From Halobellus captivus (GTDB lineage: Archaea; Halobacteriota; Halobacteria; Halobacteriales; Haloferacaceae), in the NCBI RefSeq assembly GCF_007655485.1, contig NZ_VJXQ01000001.1:728521-768520 (forward strand): 40,000 nucleotides of DNA, written 5' to 3'. Both the position numbers and the translations under genes were made by a program. The first letter of the stretch is position 1; every line of letters begins with the position of its first letter. The notes beneath the pieces were generated by a model. It was not told the origin of the DNA. It ran no database searches and worked only from the letters and a program-made list of their open reading frames with translations. Shown here piece by piece: positions 25,127-32,900 of this stretch.

Positions 25127-26877
25127 GTCGAAACGCGGAGGTCGCAAGACAGCTCGAACTGTTCGCCGACCTCCTCGAAGCTGACGGCGTCGAGTACAAA
25201 CCGAACGTCTACCGTCGGGCCGCCGAGAACATCCGCGAGCACCCCGAGCCGATCGAGGCGCTTGCCGCGGAGGGCGAAGCCGCCGTCGAGGAGATCGACG
25301 GCGTTGGCGACGCCATCTCATCGAAGGTCGTCGAGTACGTCGAAACGGGTGAAATCGGCGAGTTAGGGGAGCTACGAGAGGCCCTGCCGGTCGACATCGA
25401 GGTGCTCACGCGCGTCGAGGGCGTCGGCCCCAAGACCGTCGGTGCGCTGTACGACGCGCTCGGGATCACCACGCTCGACGAACTGGAGGAAGCGGCGACG
25501 GACGGGAAGATTCAGGAGGTGAAGGGGTTCGGCACGAAAACCGAGTCGAACATCCGCGAGAACATCGAGTTCGCCCGCCACGCGAAGGAGCGCGAGCGGC
25601 TCGGCGACGCGCTTCCGCTCGCGGAGGACGCGCTCGGCTACCTCCGCGACGTCGACGGGGTCGAGGCCGCCCAGATCGCGGGATCGATCCGCCGCTGGCG
25701 CGACACCATCGGCGACGTCGACGTCCTCGTCGCGTCCGAGTCGGGGGAGCGGGTCGTCGACGCGTTCGTCGAGTGGCCCGCCGCGACCGACGTCATCGAA
25801 GCGGGCGAGCACAAGGCGGGCGTCCGCATCGACGGCGTTCGCGTCGACCTCCGGGTGGTCATTCCCGAGGAGTTCGGCGCGGCGCTGCAGTACTTCACGG
25901 GCAGTAAAGATCACAACGTCGAACTCCGGAACATCGCAATTTCTCGAGGACTGAAGATGAACGAGTACGGCGTCTTCGACGTTTCGGACGTCGAGGACCC
26001 CGACGCGGGCCAGCGGGTCGGCGAGCGGATCGCTGGCGAGACCGAGGAGTCGATGTACGCCGCGCTCGATCTGCCGCTCGTCCCGCCGGAGATCCGCGAG
26101 GGGACCGGCGAGGTCGACGCCGCTCGCGAGGGGTCCCTTCCCAACCTCGTCGAGGAAGGGGACGTCCGCGGCGACCTCCACACCCACACCGACTGGTCCG
26201 ACGGCCGCGCGTCGATCGAGGAGATGGTCGTCGCCGCCGAGCGACGCGGCTACGACTACTACGCCGTGACGGACCACGCGACCGGCCCCGGAATGGTCGG
26301 CGGCGTCGGTCTCTCGGACGCGGAGCTACGCGAGCAGACGGACGCGATCGAATCGGCGCGCGCGGGGATCGACTCCAACCTGACGCTGCTTCACGGCGTT
26401 GAGACCAACATCGACGCCGACGGGGACCTCTCGACGGACGACGACCTGCTCGCCGACCTCGACGTCGTCGTGGCGTCTCCGCACGCCGCGCTCGGACAGG
26501 ACCGCGAGACGGCCACCGATCGGCTCGTCCGCGCCGTCGAACACCCGAGCGTGGACGTTTTAGGCCACCCCACAGGGCGACTCATCAACCAGCGCGAGGG
26601 ACTCGACCTCGACGTGGCACGGCTCGCGTCGGCGGCCGCCGATGCGGGGACGGCGCTGGAGATCAACGCCGATCCCGCCCGTCTCGACCTTCGCGGCGAA
26701 CTCGCTCGCGTCGCGATCGAACACGGCGCGACGATCGCCGTCGACACCGACGCTCACGCACCGGGTACGCTCGACGTCATCCGATACGGCGTGCACACGG
26801 CCCGCCGCGGGTGGTGCGAGGAGGCAGACGTGCTGAACGCCTGGACCGTCGACGACCTGCGATCGTTCCTGCACTGA
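25123..26877 (+). CDS. polX: family-X DNA polymerase with a C-terminal PHP domain (PolX)
   Basis: GTG start at 25123 gives (M)SRNAEVARQLELFADLLEADGVEYKPNVYRRAAENI, a typical PolX N-terminus. HhH motifs are present (GVGPKTVGALY, GFGTKTE). The nucleotidyltransferase segment is GSIRRWRDTIGDVDVLV, and the PHP motifs are GDLHTHTDWSDG and AVTDHA. The Arg-rich upstream part of the track ORF (from 24625) is rejected. Confidence 0.92.
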   Translation: MSRNAEVARQLELFADLLEADGVEYKPNVYRRAAENIREHPEPIEALAAEGEAAVEEIDGVGDAISSKVVEYVETGEIGELGELREALPVDIEVLTRVEGVGPKTVGALYDALGITTLDELEEAATDGKIQEVKGFGTKTESNIRENIEFARHAKERERLGDALPLAEDALGYLRDVDGVEAAQIAGSIRRWRDTIGDVDVLVASESGERVVDAFVEWPAATDVIEAGEHKAGVRIDGVRVDLRVVIPEEFGAALQYFTGSKDHNVELRNIAISRGLKMNEYGVFDVSDVEDPDAGQRVGERIAGETEESMYAALDLPLVPPEIREGTGEVDAAREGSLPNLVEEGDVRGDLHTHTDWSDGRASIEEMVVAAERRGYDYYAVTDHATGPGMVGGVGLSDAELREQTDAIESARAGIDSNLTLLHGVETNIDADGDLSTDDDLLADLDVVVASPHAALGQDRETATDRLVRAVEHPSVDVLGHPTGRLINQREGLDLDVARLASAAADAGTALEINADPARLDLRGELARVAIEHGATIAVDTDAHAPGTLDVIRYGVHTARRGWCEEADVLNAWTVDDLRSFLH

Positions 26878-26897
26878 GCGTTGGAGAGCGAGTGACG

Positions 26898-27380
26898 ATG
26901 CCCGACCGACTTCTCGTCGACGCGATGTGCGGCAAGCTGACGACGTACCTGCGGATGTGCGGCTACGACGCCGCGTACGTGCTGGAGGGGCGCGTCGGCT
27001 CCGAGGGATCGACATCGGAGAGTCCGCCCGACGACGACATCGCGGCGTGGGCGAAGCGGTCCGGTCGAACGCTCCTCACGCGCGACGTCGGTCTCGTCGA
27101 ACGCATCGACGACGCCGTGGTACTGACCGCTCGCGACACGATCGAGCAACTTGGGGAACTCCACGCGGCGGGCTACGCGCTCGCGCTCCCTGAATCGCCG
27201 ACCCGATGTAGCGCGTGCAACGGCGAACTTCGCCGCGTCGGTTCCGAGGAGTCGCTGCCGCCGGAAACACCGAATCCCGCCGAAGAACCCTGCTGGCGGT
27301 GTCGCGACTGCGGGCAGGTGTTCTGGAAGGGAAGTCACTGGGACGACGTGGCCGCGACGCTCACGAGCGTTACTGACTGA
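26898..27380 (+). CDS. Mut7-C (DUF82) PIN-like ribonuclease-domain protein with a C-terminal zinc ribbon
   Basis: 160 aa from the Met at 26898: MPDRLLVDAMCGKLTTYLRMCGYDA...LLTRD...RCSACNGEL...CWRCRDCGQVFWKGSHW matches the Mut7-C pattern. It starts 21 nt after the polX stop. Confidence 0.8.
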   Translation: MPDRLLVDAMCGKLTTYLRMCGYDAAYVLEGRVGSEGSTSESPPDDDIAAWAKRSGRTLLTRDVGLVERIDDAVVLTARDTIEQLGELHAAGYALALPESPTRCSACNGELRRVGSEESLPPETPNPAEEPCWRCRDCGQVFWKGSHWDDVAATLTSVTD

Positions 27381-27420
27381 GGGCGGCAACCGCGTGCAGA
27401 ACCTTTTCGCGGAGGCTCGA

Positions 27421-27473
27421 CCGCGCCGACCAGTCCTCGCCTCAGCGGTTCGGCCGCGCCGACCAGTCCTCGC
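27421..27473. repeat. perfect 20-bp direct repeat (ccgcgccgaccagtcctcgc) at 27421-27440 and 27454-27473, flanking a stop codon
   Basis: Read directly. One copy encodes the last residues of the 27442-28389 gene and the other lies just past its stop (27442-27444). Confidence 0.9.
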
Positions 27474-28389
27474 AGGGGTCCATATCGTCCATCAGTTCCT
27501 CGTGAGCGCCGCAGTAGGGTTCGATGCCGGAGTCGGTCCGGACGTACTCGAAGTGCGCGCAGTTGCCGCAGTAATGGTCTGCGGCGTCGTAGTTCCGTGG
27601 ACCCGGTTGGCCGGTGTGTTGCCGGGAAGTGGGCCCCGACGCGGCAGCGTTCTGGCGTGCCGTCGACGACGGTCCCCCCGTGGCCTGCGGGCCCTGTGCG
27701 GACGTCGTCGGAGGCGAGTCGTCCAGGGGAGAGGAGATCACTTCGGCGTCGGTGCCGCCGTCGGAGGTGGGTCCGGGACCCGCGCTACCGGTCTGGGTCT
27801 CGACCTCGCCGTCGGGCGTGCCGCCGAAGAAACCGATTCCGCCGAAGCCGCTCCGGGGACGTTCGACCGGGACGTATCGCGTCTCGTGTCGGCGCGTCAC
27901 GTTCACCATCGCGGTGCCTCCCGGATCGTTGCGCGTCTTGAAGTTCGCGACGCCGACGAACAGACACCAGAAGGTGAGCATCGCGCCGAGAAAGTAGATC
28001 CCGACGGTCAGAAGCGTCAGGTCCGGCGTACTGTTGGCGCAGAGCGATCCGGACCAGTGGCAGGGATAGGCGTACGTGAAGAGCGCGACGCCGACCACGG
28101 CGATTCCGGCGCCGACCACCGCGGCCGCTTTCGTGAGTCGCCCCGACGGGAGCACGGCGAAGATCCCGAGGAACACCGACGGGATCCCGACGCCAGCGAG
28201 GACGGCACCGAGCTGTCGTTTGGCCGTGAGTGCCGCGACGTCCGACCCGTACAGGAGATCGGTGGTGGCGACGACGATCCCCGAGACGACGAGGAGAGCA
28301 CCCGCGAGAAACAACCCCAATCCGAAGAACAGTCGGCGGAGGCTCGCCCCCGTTTGCTTTCCCCTGTAGACCTCCGAGAGACTGGGCAT
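27442..28389 (-). CDS. membrane protein (about four TM helices) with a disordered linker and a C-terminal Cys-rich domain
   Basis: 315 aa from the Met at 28389 (MPSLSEVYRGKQTGASLRRLFFGLGLFLAGALLVVSGIVV...). The C-terminus reads HYCGNCAHFEYVRTDSGIEPYCGAHEELMDDMDPCEDW. The track ORF's 72-codon Arg-rich extension is rejected. Confidence 0.75.
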   Translation of the reverse strand: MPSLSEVYRGKQTGASLRRLFFGLGLFLAGALLVVSGIVVATTDLLYGSDVAALTAKRQLGAVLAGVGIPSVFLGIFAVLPSGRLTKAAAVVGAGIAVVGVALFTYAYPCHWSGSLCANSTPDLTLLTVGIYFLGAMLTFWCLFVGVANFKTRNDPGGTAMVNVTRRHETRYVPVERPRSGFGGIGFFGGTPDGEVETQTGSAGPGPTSDGGTDAEVISSPLDDSPPTTSAQGPQATGGPSSTARQNAAASGPTSRQHTGQPGPRNYDAADHYCGNCAHFEYVRTDSGIEPYCGAHEELMDDMDPCEDWSARPNR

Positions 28390-28649
28390 ACCCGCCCTTC
28401 GCGGGCACCACACAAAACGATGCGTCAGACGGACGCACGACGGAGTGGTATCGACGGCGCGTGCCGCCGAGGTGAAACGCTCTCTGAGGAGCGGGTGTGA
28501 CACTCTCGACGAAGGATGTGGCTCGACTGGGCGAGGGGATGTGCCCCTCCCGAGCGACAGGCGTCGACGCACCGAGTAACGAAGTCCACCGTGACGCACT
28601 CTCACGGTGTGTCGAAGGGATTATTGTCGGTGATGGCAAACCGGAGCGT

Positions 28650-28931
28650 ATGGCAGATGAGGAGGAATCCGAGGGCCCCGTCGTTGAACTAGGCGAGGAG
28701 ACGCCCGTCGAGGGCCAGCCGTTGGCGCGCGTCGCCGCGCGGCTCACCTGGCCCCACGAGATGAGCCGGATCGTCGCACAGGAGGGCGACAGCGTCATCC
28801 GAACCCCGTCGGGACCGCAGACGCTCTCCGAGGTGCTCGAAGACGTCGACGAAACGTACGTCGACTCGCGGCAGACGTTCGTATCGCTCGTGAAGGACGT
28901 CGTGGGCGACGGCCCCGTCGCGACCGAGTAA
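28650..28931 (+). CDS. small acidic conserved hypothetical protein
   Basis: 93 aa from the Met at 28650 (MADEEESEGPVVELGEE...). It has acidic composition and good codon bias. The upstream part of the track ORF looks non-coding. Confidence 0.65.
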   Translation: MADEEESEGPVVELGEETPVEGQPLARVAARLTWPHEMSRIVAQEGDSVIRTPSGPQTLSEVLEDVDETYVDSRQTFVSLVKDVVGDGPVATE

Positions 28932-28945
28932 CGCCGCGCACGACG

Positions 28946-29635
28946 GTGTCCGTCAACGCCCGTATCCGGACCGCCGTCGACGAACTGAGCTGGCTGCAGC
29001 GTACGCTACTCGTCGGATTGGTCCTCTCGGTTCTGTGGAGCACGTGGTCGGTTCCGCCAGCGAGTCTCCGGGCCCGCGTGGTCCGCGACGTGATCCTGTT
29101 TCTCCTAATTCCGGTCAGTTTAGCAGTCACTCACGGCCGTCGGCTGGGCTTTCGCGTCGATCGAACCGCCGTCCGCGACACGCTCATTCTCGCGGCGTTC
29201 GTCCTCCCGTTCTATCTCGTGGGTTCGTCGCTGCCGACCATTCGAGCGTACTATCCGATGTGGCACACGACGACCGCGCTCGGCGAATTCCTGCCGCACA
29301 CGATTCAGCAACTGCTCGTCGTCGTCGCCGCCGAGACGTACTACCGCGGGCTGCTCTGCGTCGGCGTCAGCGAGGAGTTCGGGTTCAAGAGCGTCTTCAT
29401 CAGCCCCGTCGTCTACGCGCTACACCACGTCGGCAAACCGCCGATCGAACTGCTCCTCTCGGGTCCGACGGACGTCCTCTTCGGCGCTGTCGACTACCAC
29501 AGCCAGTCGCTCCTGCCCTCGATCGTCGCCCACGGACTGGGGCTGACGCTGCTCGACTGGCTTATCCTCCACAACCCCATATTCCCGCCGGAGGACGTCC
29601 TCGCCGCGCTTCGGTGGCTCCCGATTCCGTTGTAA
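28946..29635 (+). CDS. CPBP-family (CAAX-type) intramembrane metalloprotease-like protein
   Basis: 229 aa and polytopic. Motifs AAETYYRGLL, VVYALHHV and SIVAHGL fit the E-x3-R / H-x3-H / H pattern of the CPBP family, somewhat degenerate. Confidence 0.72.
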   Translation: MSVNARIRTAVDELSWLQRTLLVGLVLSVLWSTWSVPPASLRARVVRDVILFLLIPVSLAVTHGRRLGFRVDRTAVRDTLILAAFVLPFYLVGSSLPTIRAYYPMWHTTTALGEFLPHTIQQLLVVVAAETYYRGLLCVGVSEEFGFKSVFISPVVYALHHVGKPPIELLLSGPTDVLFGAVDYHSQSLLPSIVAHGLGLTLLDWLILHNPIFPPEDVLAALRWLPIPL

Positions 29636-29736
29636 TCTCGACTCGATGTCGTTCGAGAGGACGGGACGCTCCCACGGTAGTGTATAGTACAGACAATTGC
29701 ATACTTTTTCATCGTCGGACGCCGTACGTCGAACCG

Positions 29737-30186
29737 ATGACGCTACCAATCGATCCGAGCGCAATCGCCGCGGGGGACATCGGAGAGGAGCGGGCGACGC
29801 TCCGAATGGAGCACGAAGAGGCCGTCGAACACGTCCGCGAGGCGTTCACGGAGGCGGGCTTCGGCGTCGCCACCGAGTTCTCTCCCTCGGAGATGTTGAA
29901 CGAGAAGGTCGACGCCGGGCGGGATCCGTACTACGTGCTCGGCGCGTGTAACCCAACGATGGCCGACCGCGCGCTCGACGCGAGCGAGCGGAAGATCGGC
30001 GGGCTGTTCCCGTGTAATGTCGTGGTCTGGCAGGAGGAACCGGGCGTTCAGACCGTCTACCACGTGAGCATTATGCGAATCGCGCGGCTCGTCGGAATGA
30101 CCCCCGACGACGAGACGATGGCCGACATCATCGCCGACACCGGTGAACTCGTCGACGAGGCGTTCGGCAACCTCGACGCCGAATAG
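29737..30186 (+). CDS. DUF302-domain protein
   Basis: 149 aa from the Met at 29737. The segment YYVLGACNPTMADRALDASERKIGGLFPCNVVVWQEE matches the DUF302 signature (GaCnP...LPCnv). The track ORF from 29035 is an off-frame artefact overlapping the CPBP gene. Confidence 0.8.
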   Translation: MTLPIDPSAIAAGDIGEERATLRMEHEEAVEHVREAFTEAGFGVATEFSPSEMLNEKVDAGRDPYYVLGACNPTMADRALDASERKIGGLFPCNVVVWQEEPGVQTVYHVSIMRIARLVGMTPDDETMADIIADTGELVDEAFGNLDAE

Positions 30187-30603
30187 CCGTCCCGATCGGG
30201 GAATCGGTAGCGAATACCCGCCCCGTCAACTCCCTTCGTTTGCTGGTCGCGGCGTCCACGAGCCGAGCTGCCGCATCGTCGCATCCATCTGCGAGAAGTG
30301 GGCGGTTTCCCTGCTATGTGAGGTCATAACAAGAACGTCGGCAGTGTGGTATAAGTGTCTTCTGTCGAAGTAGTTTGAGGTACTTAGGTCACTTGCAGGA
30401 AATATAGAGTATATCACCATATATTCAGTATATTTATCTAAATACGTCCAACTATCTGGGGAAGAGTAGGCTGTATGGGTACGCGTTTTGATGCGGTTCC
30501 AGCGGGAGATGCGGTCCGAACACCGTCAAGACACCGAACACGGAGGTGCGGTCGCGCGTCCGTCTCCGGAACACTTAGCCCGTCGCCAGCCACAGCGACA
30601 CGT

Positions 30604-31437
30604 ATGACGCGAAGCGACTGGGGAGACTGGCTCCCGCGCGCCGTCGAAGCAGCGGACCCCGACACCGTCGCCGTCTGGTACCTCGGCTGTAACGGCTTCG
30701 TTCTGAAGGGAAGCGAGGGGACGACCGTCGCCATCGACCCGTACCTCGGCACGGGCGACCCGCCGCGGACGGTTCGCATGATTCCCGTCCCCTTCGACCC
30801 CGAAGACGTCGCGGAGATGGACGCCGTCTTCGCCACTCACGAGCACACCGACCACACCCACGGGCCGAGTCAGGCACCGATTCTCGAGAACACGGGTGCG
30901 ACGTTCTACGGGCCGGACGACTCGCTTTCGGTCGCCTTCGACGACGAGGCGTGGCTCGACGAGTACGATCTCGACGAGTCGCAGTTCACCGAGGTCGCTG
31001 AGGGCGACACCCTCGACGTCGGGGAGTTCACCGTCCACGTAGAGTTCTCGAACGATCCCGACTCCACGCACCCGGTCTCGTACGTCTTCGAGCACGACTC
31101 GGGAACCTTCTTCCACGGCGGCGACACGAAGCCGCACGAGGAGTTCGACGCGCTCGGCGAGCGCTACGACATCGACCTCGGCGTGCTCGCGTTCGGCGCA
31201 ATCGGCAACATCCCCGACAAGCAGACGCGCGAGCCGGTCCGAACCCGCTGGTACTCCACGGAGAACGAGGTGGTCAAATCGGCCTCCGACCTCCAACTGG
31301 ATCGCTTCCTCCCGAGCCACTGGGATGTGTGGAAGGGGATGACCGCCGATCCGAAGGTGCTGCACCACCACACCCGTAGCTACGAGTATCCGCGGTCGCT
31401 GGAGGTCGCCGAAATCGGCGACCGCATCGATCTCTGA
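30604..31437 (+). CDS. metallo-beta-lactamase-fold hydrolase
   Basis: 277 aa from the Met at 30604. HxHxDH motif ATHEHTDHTHG, with later His/Asp ligands (FFHGGDT, PSHWD). Confidence 0.85.
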   Translation: MTRSDWGDWLPRAVEAADPDTVAVWYLGCNGFVLKGSEGTTVAIDPYLGTGDPPRTVRMIPVPFDPEDVAEMDAVFATHEHTDHTHGPSQAPILENTGATFYGPDDSLSVAFDDEAWLDEYDLDESQFTEVAEGDTLDVGEFTVHVEFSNDPDSTHPVSYVFEHDSGTFFHGGDTKPHEEFDALGERYDIDLGVLAFGAIGNIPDKQTREPVRTRWYSTENEVVKSASDLQLDRFLPSHWDVWKGMTADPKVLHHHTRSYEYPRSLEVAEIGDRIDL

Positions 31438-31468
31438 GGCGAGGGGACCGCGTCTCTCGTGACGACTC

Positions 31469-31535
31469 GATTCGAATTCCGCAGTGCCGTTTCCACGCCT
31501 CGCTATCGCTCGGCGGGAAACGAACGTGGCGGGAT
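31469..31535. repeat. 67-bp perfect copy of the tRNA-Arg 3' end (15 nt) plus its 52-nt 3'-flank
   Basis: 31469-31535 is identical to 31648-31714 (gattcgaattccgcagtgccgtttccacgcctcgctatcgctcggcgggaaacgaacgtggcgggat), read directly. Confidence 0.9.
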
Positions 31536-31586
31536 CCCCGCGAGTCGGGCGAGCGGGGGTACGCCACGTGAGCAAGCGGAGCGCAG

Positions 31587-31608
31587 CGAACGTGGCGGGA
31601 TTCGAACC
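31587..31608. repeat. 22-nt copy of the tRNA-Arg 3' end (att-core-like fragment)
   Basis: cgaacgtggcgggattcgaacc at 31587-31608 equals 31700-31721, which is the T-loop 3' half, the acceptor 3' strand and the discriminator of the tRNA. Confidence 0.9.
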
Positions 31609-31647
31609 ACAGTCGGACGTGCTCGCTGCGCTGCGCGCGACCTCCCT

Positions 31648-31714
31648 GATTCGAATTCCGCAGTGCCGTTTCCACGCCTCGCTATCGCTCGGCGGGAAAC
31701 GAACGTGGCGGGAT
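31648..31714. repeat. second copy of the 67-bp repeat (this copy includes the genuine tRNA 3' end)
   Basis: See 31469-31535. The two copies are 179 bp apart. Confidence 0.9.
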
Positions 31715-31773
31715 TCGAACCCGCGATCTAGGGGTTAGGAACCCCTTGCCCTGGTCCACTAGGCCACACGTCC
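31700..31773 (-). tRNA. tRNA-Arg (anticodon CCU)
   Basis: Hand-folded from the minus strand. Acceptor GGACGUG / CACGUUC (one G-U pair); D arm GCCU-AGUGGACCA-GGGC; anticodon arm AGGGG-UUCCUAA-CCCCU (anticodon CCU); variable loop AGAUC; T arm GCGGG-UUCGAAU-CCCGC; discriminator G; CCA not encoded. A TATA-like TTTTAAG lies ~25-30 nt upstream. Confidence 0.9.
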
Positions 31774-31928
31774 CACCGACGAATAGCGTAGCTACCGCTT
31801 AAAACGGATGCGGTTTCGTGAAAAGGACCGGGTGGAAGCAGGATACCGTTTGCCATCGCGTGTACGCATCCGTTCGCACGCCGTCGTGCGATCACGTGAG
31901 TCGAGACGTACAACCGCGACGGGACGTC

Positions 31929-32213
31929 TCAGTTCGTTTCGGTCGACTTCTCGGTCGAGGCAGAATCCGTCGAGGTGGATTCCGTCGACGTCGTGGTCTC
32001 CGCATCTTCCTCCTCGTCGTCGTTGTCCATCTGGCTAAGCTCTTCTTCGATCTCCTCGCGGCCGCGTCTAAACTCGCCCATCGCTTGTCCCGTCGAGCGA
32101 GCGAGTTTCGGGATCTTGTTGGCGCCGAACAGTAGCACCAGTATGAGCAGGACGACGAGCACTTCCGGCCCACCCGGCAGCCCCGGGAACAGTGGGGTGA
32201 TAGTTCCGTACAT
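31929..32213 (-). CDS. tatA: twin-arginine translocase subunit TatA/E
   Basis: 94 aa. N-terminal TM helix and amphipathic helix (GPEVLVVLLILVLLFGANKIPKLARSTGQAMGEFRRG), followed by an acidic tail. Confidence 0.9.
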   Translation of the reverse strand: MYGTITPLFPGLPGGPEVLVVLLILVLLFGANKIPKLARSTGQAMGEFRRGREEIEEELSQMDNDDEEEDAETTTSTESTSTDSASTEKSTETN

Positions 32214-32342
32214 CGCTACCAGAACCTAACCCAGTGGTAATTATAGGCTTTTTGCTCGGCCAGCCCGGTAAAAACCGGTACTCGAAGGGAGATTGCAAGC
32301 AAAGACAGGAACATTCAACCGTGACGGCTCTCGAACCCCCGT

Positions 32343-32831
32343 ATGGTCTCAGTCGGCGACGATGCACCTGATTTCACCGCACCGCTCGCGAACGGCGACC
32401 TCGAATCGTTCACGCTCTCGGAGAACCTCGACGACGAACCGGTCGTGCTCGCGTTCTTCCCGGCGGCGTTCACGGGGACGTGCACGACCGAAATGTGCAC
32501 CTTCCGAGACCAGATGGCCAACTTCGAGGACGTCGGCGCGGCGGTCTACGGCGTCAGCATCGACACGCCGTTCACCCTCAACGAGTTCCGCGCGCAGAAC
32601 GACCTCAACTTCGGCCTCATCAGCGACAACAACCGAGAGATCATCGACGCCTACGACGTCTCAATGGACTTCGCGGACCTCGGCGTCTACGACCTCGCGA
32701 AGCGCGCCGTGTTCGTCGTCGACAGTGATGGAGAAATCACCTACGCGTGGGTGAGCGACGATCCGGGCGTCGAACCCGATTACGAAGAGGTCGCAGCGGC
32801 CGCGAAGGCGGCGCGCGTCACCTCGGTGTAG
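32343..32831 (+). CDS. peroxiredoxin (AhpC/TSA, Bcp/PrxQ-like)
   Basis: 162 aa with the segments GDDAPDFTAP...VVLAFFPAAFTGTCTTEMC (peroxidatic Cys context). Confidence 0.9.
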   Translation: MVSVGDDAPDFTAPLANGDLESFTLSENLDDEPVVLAFFPAAFTGTCTTEMCTFRDQMANFEDVGAAVYGVSIDTPFTLNEFRAQNDLNFGLISDNNREIIDAYDVSMDFADLGVYDLAKRAVFVVDSDGEITYAWVSDDPGVEPDYEEVAAAAKAARVTSV

Positions 32832-32900
32832 TCAAGCGCTACCGAACGCGACGACCGGTTCATCCGCACTTACTTTGCCGTCGGCGGAGTATCGGGAGCT

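Noticed and set aside
29035-29736. Upstream 234 codons of the 383-aa track ORF that ends as the DUF302 protein
   Set aside because: It overlaps the CPBP-protease gene in another frame and is Arg/Pro-rich. The DUF302 domain starts cleanly at the Met at 29737.
30440-30530. Possible replication origin: an AT-rich tract plus gttccagcgggag, which resembles the haloarchaeal ORB core GTTCCAGTGGAAAC
   Set aside because: There is only a single partial match, with no inverted ORB pair. There is no orc1/cdc6 gene anywhere in the window, and haloarchaeal origins are normally adjacent to one.
31459-31738. Two ~85-90-aa plus-strand ORFs across the tRNA-flank repeats
   Set aside because: They exist only because the 67-bp repeat is duplicated, they overlap the tRNA, and they have Arg-rich composition. 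They are not credible genes.
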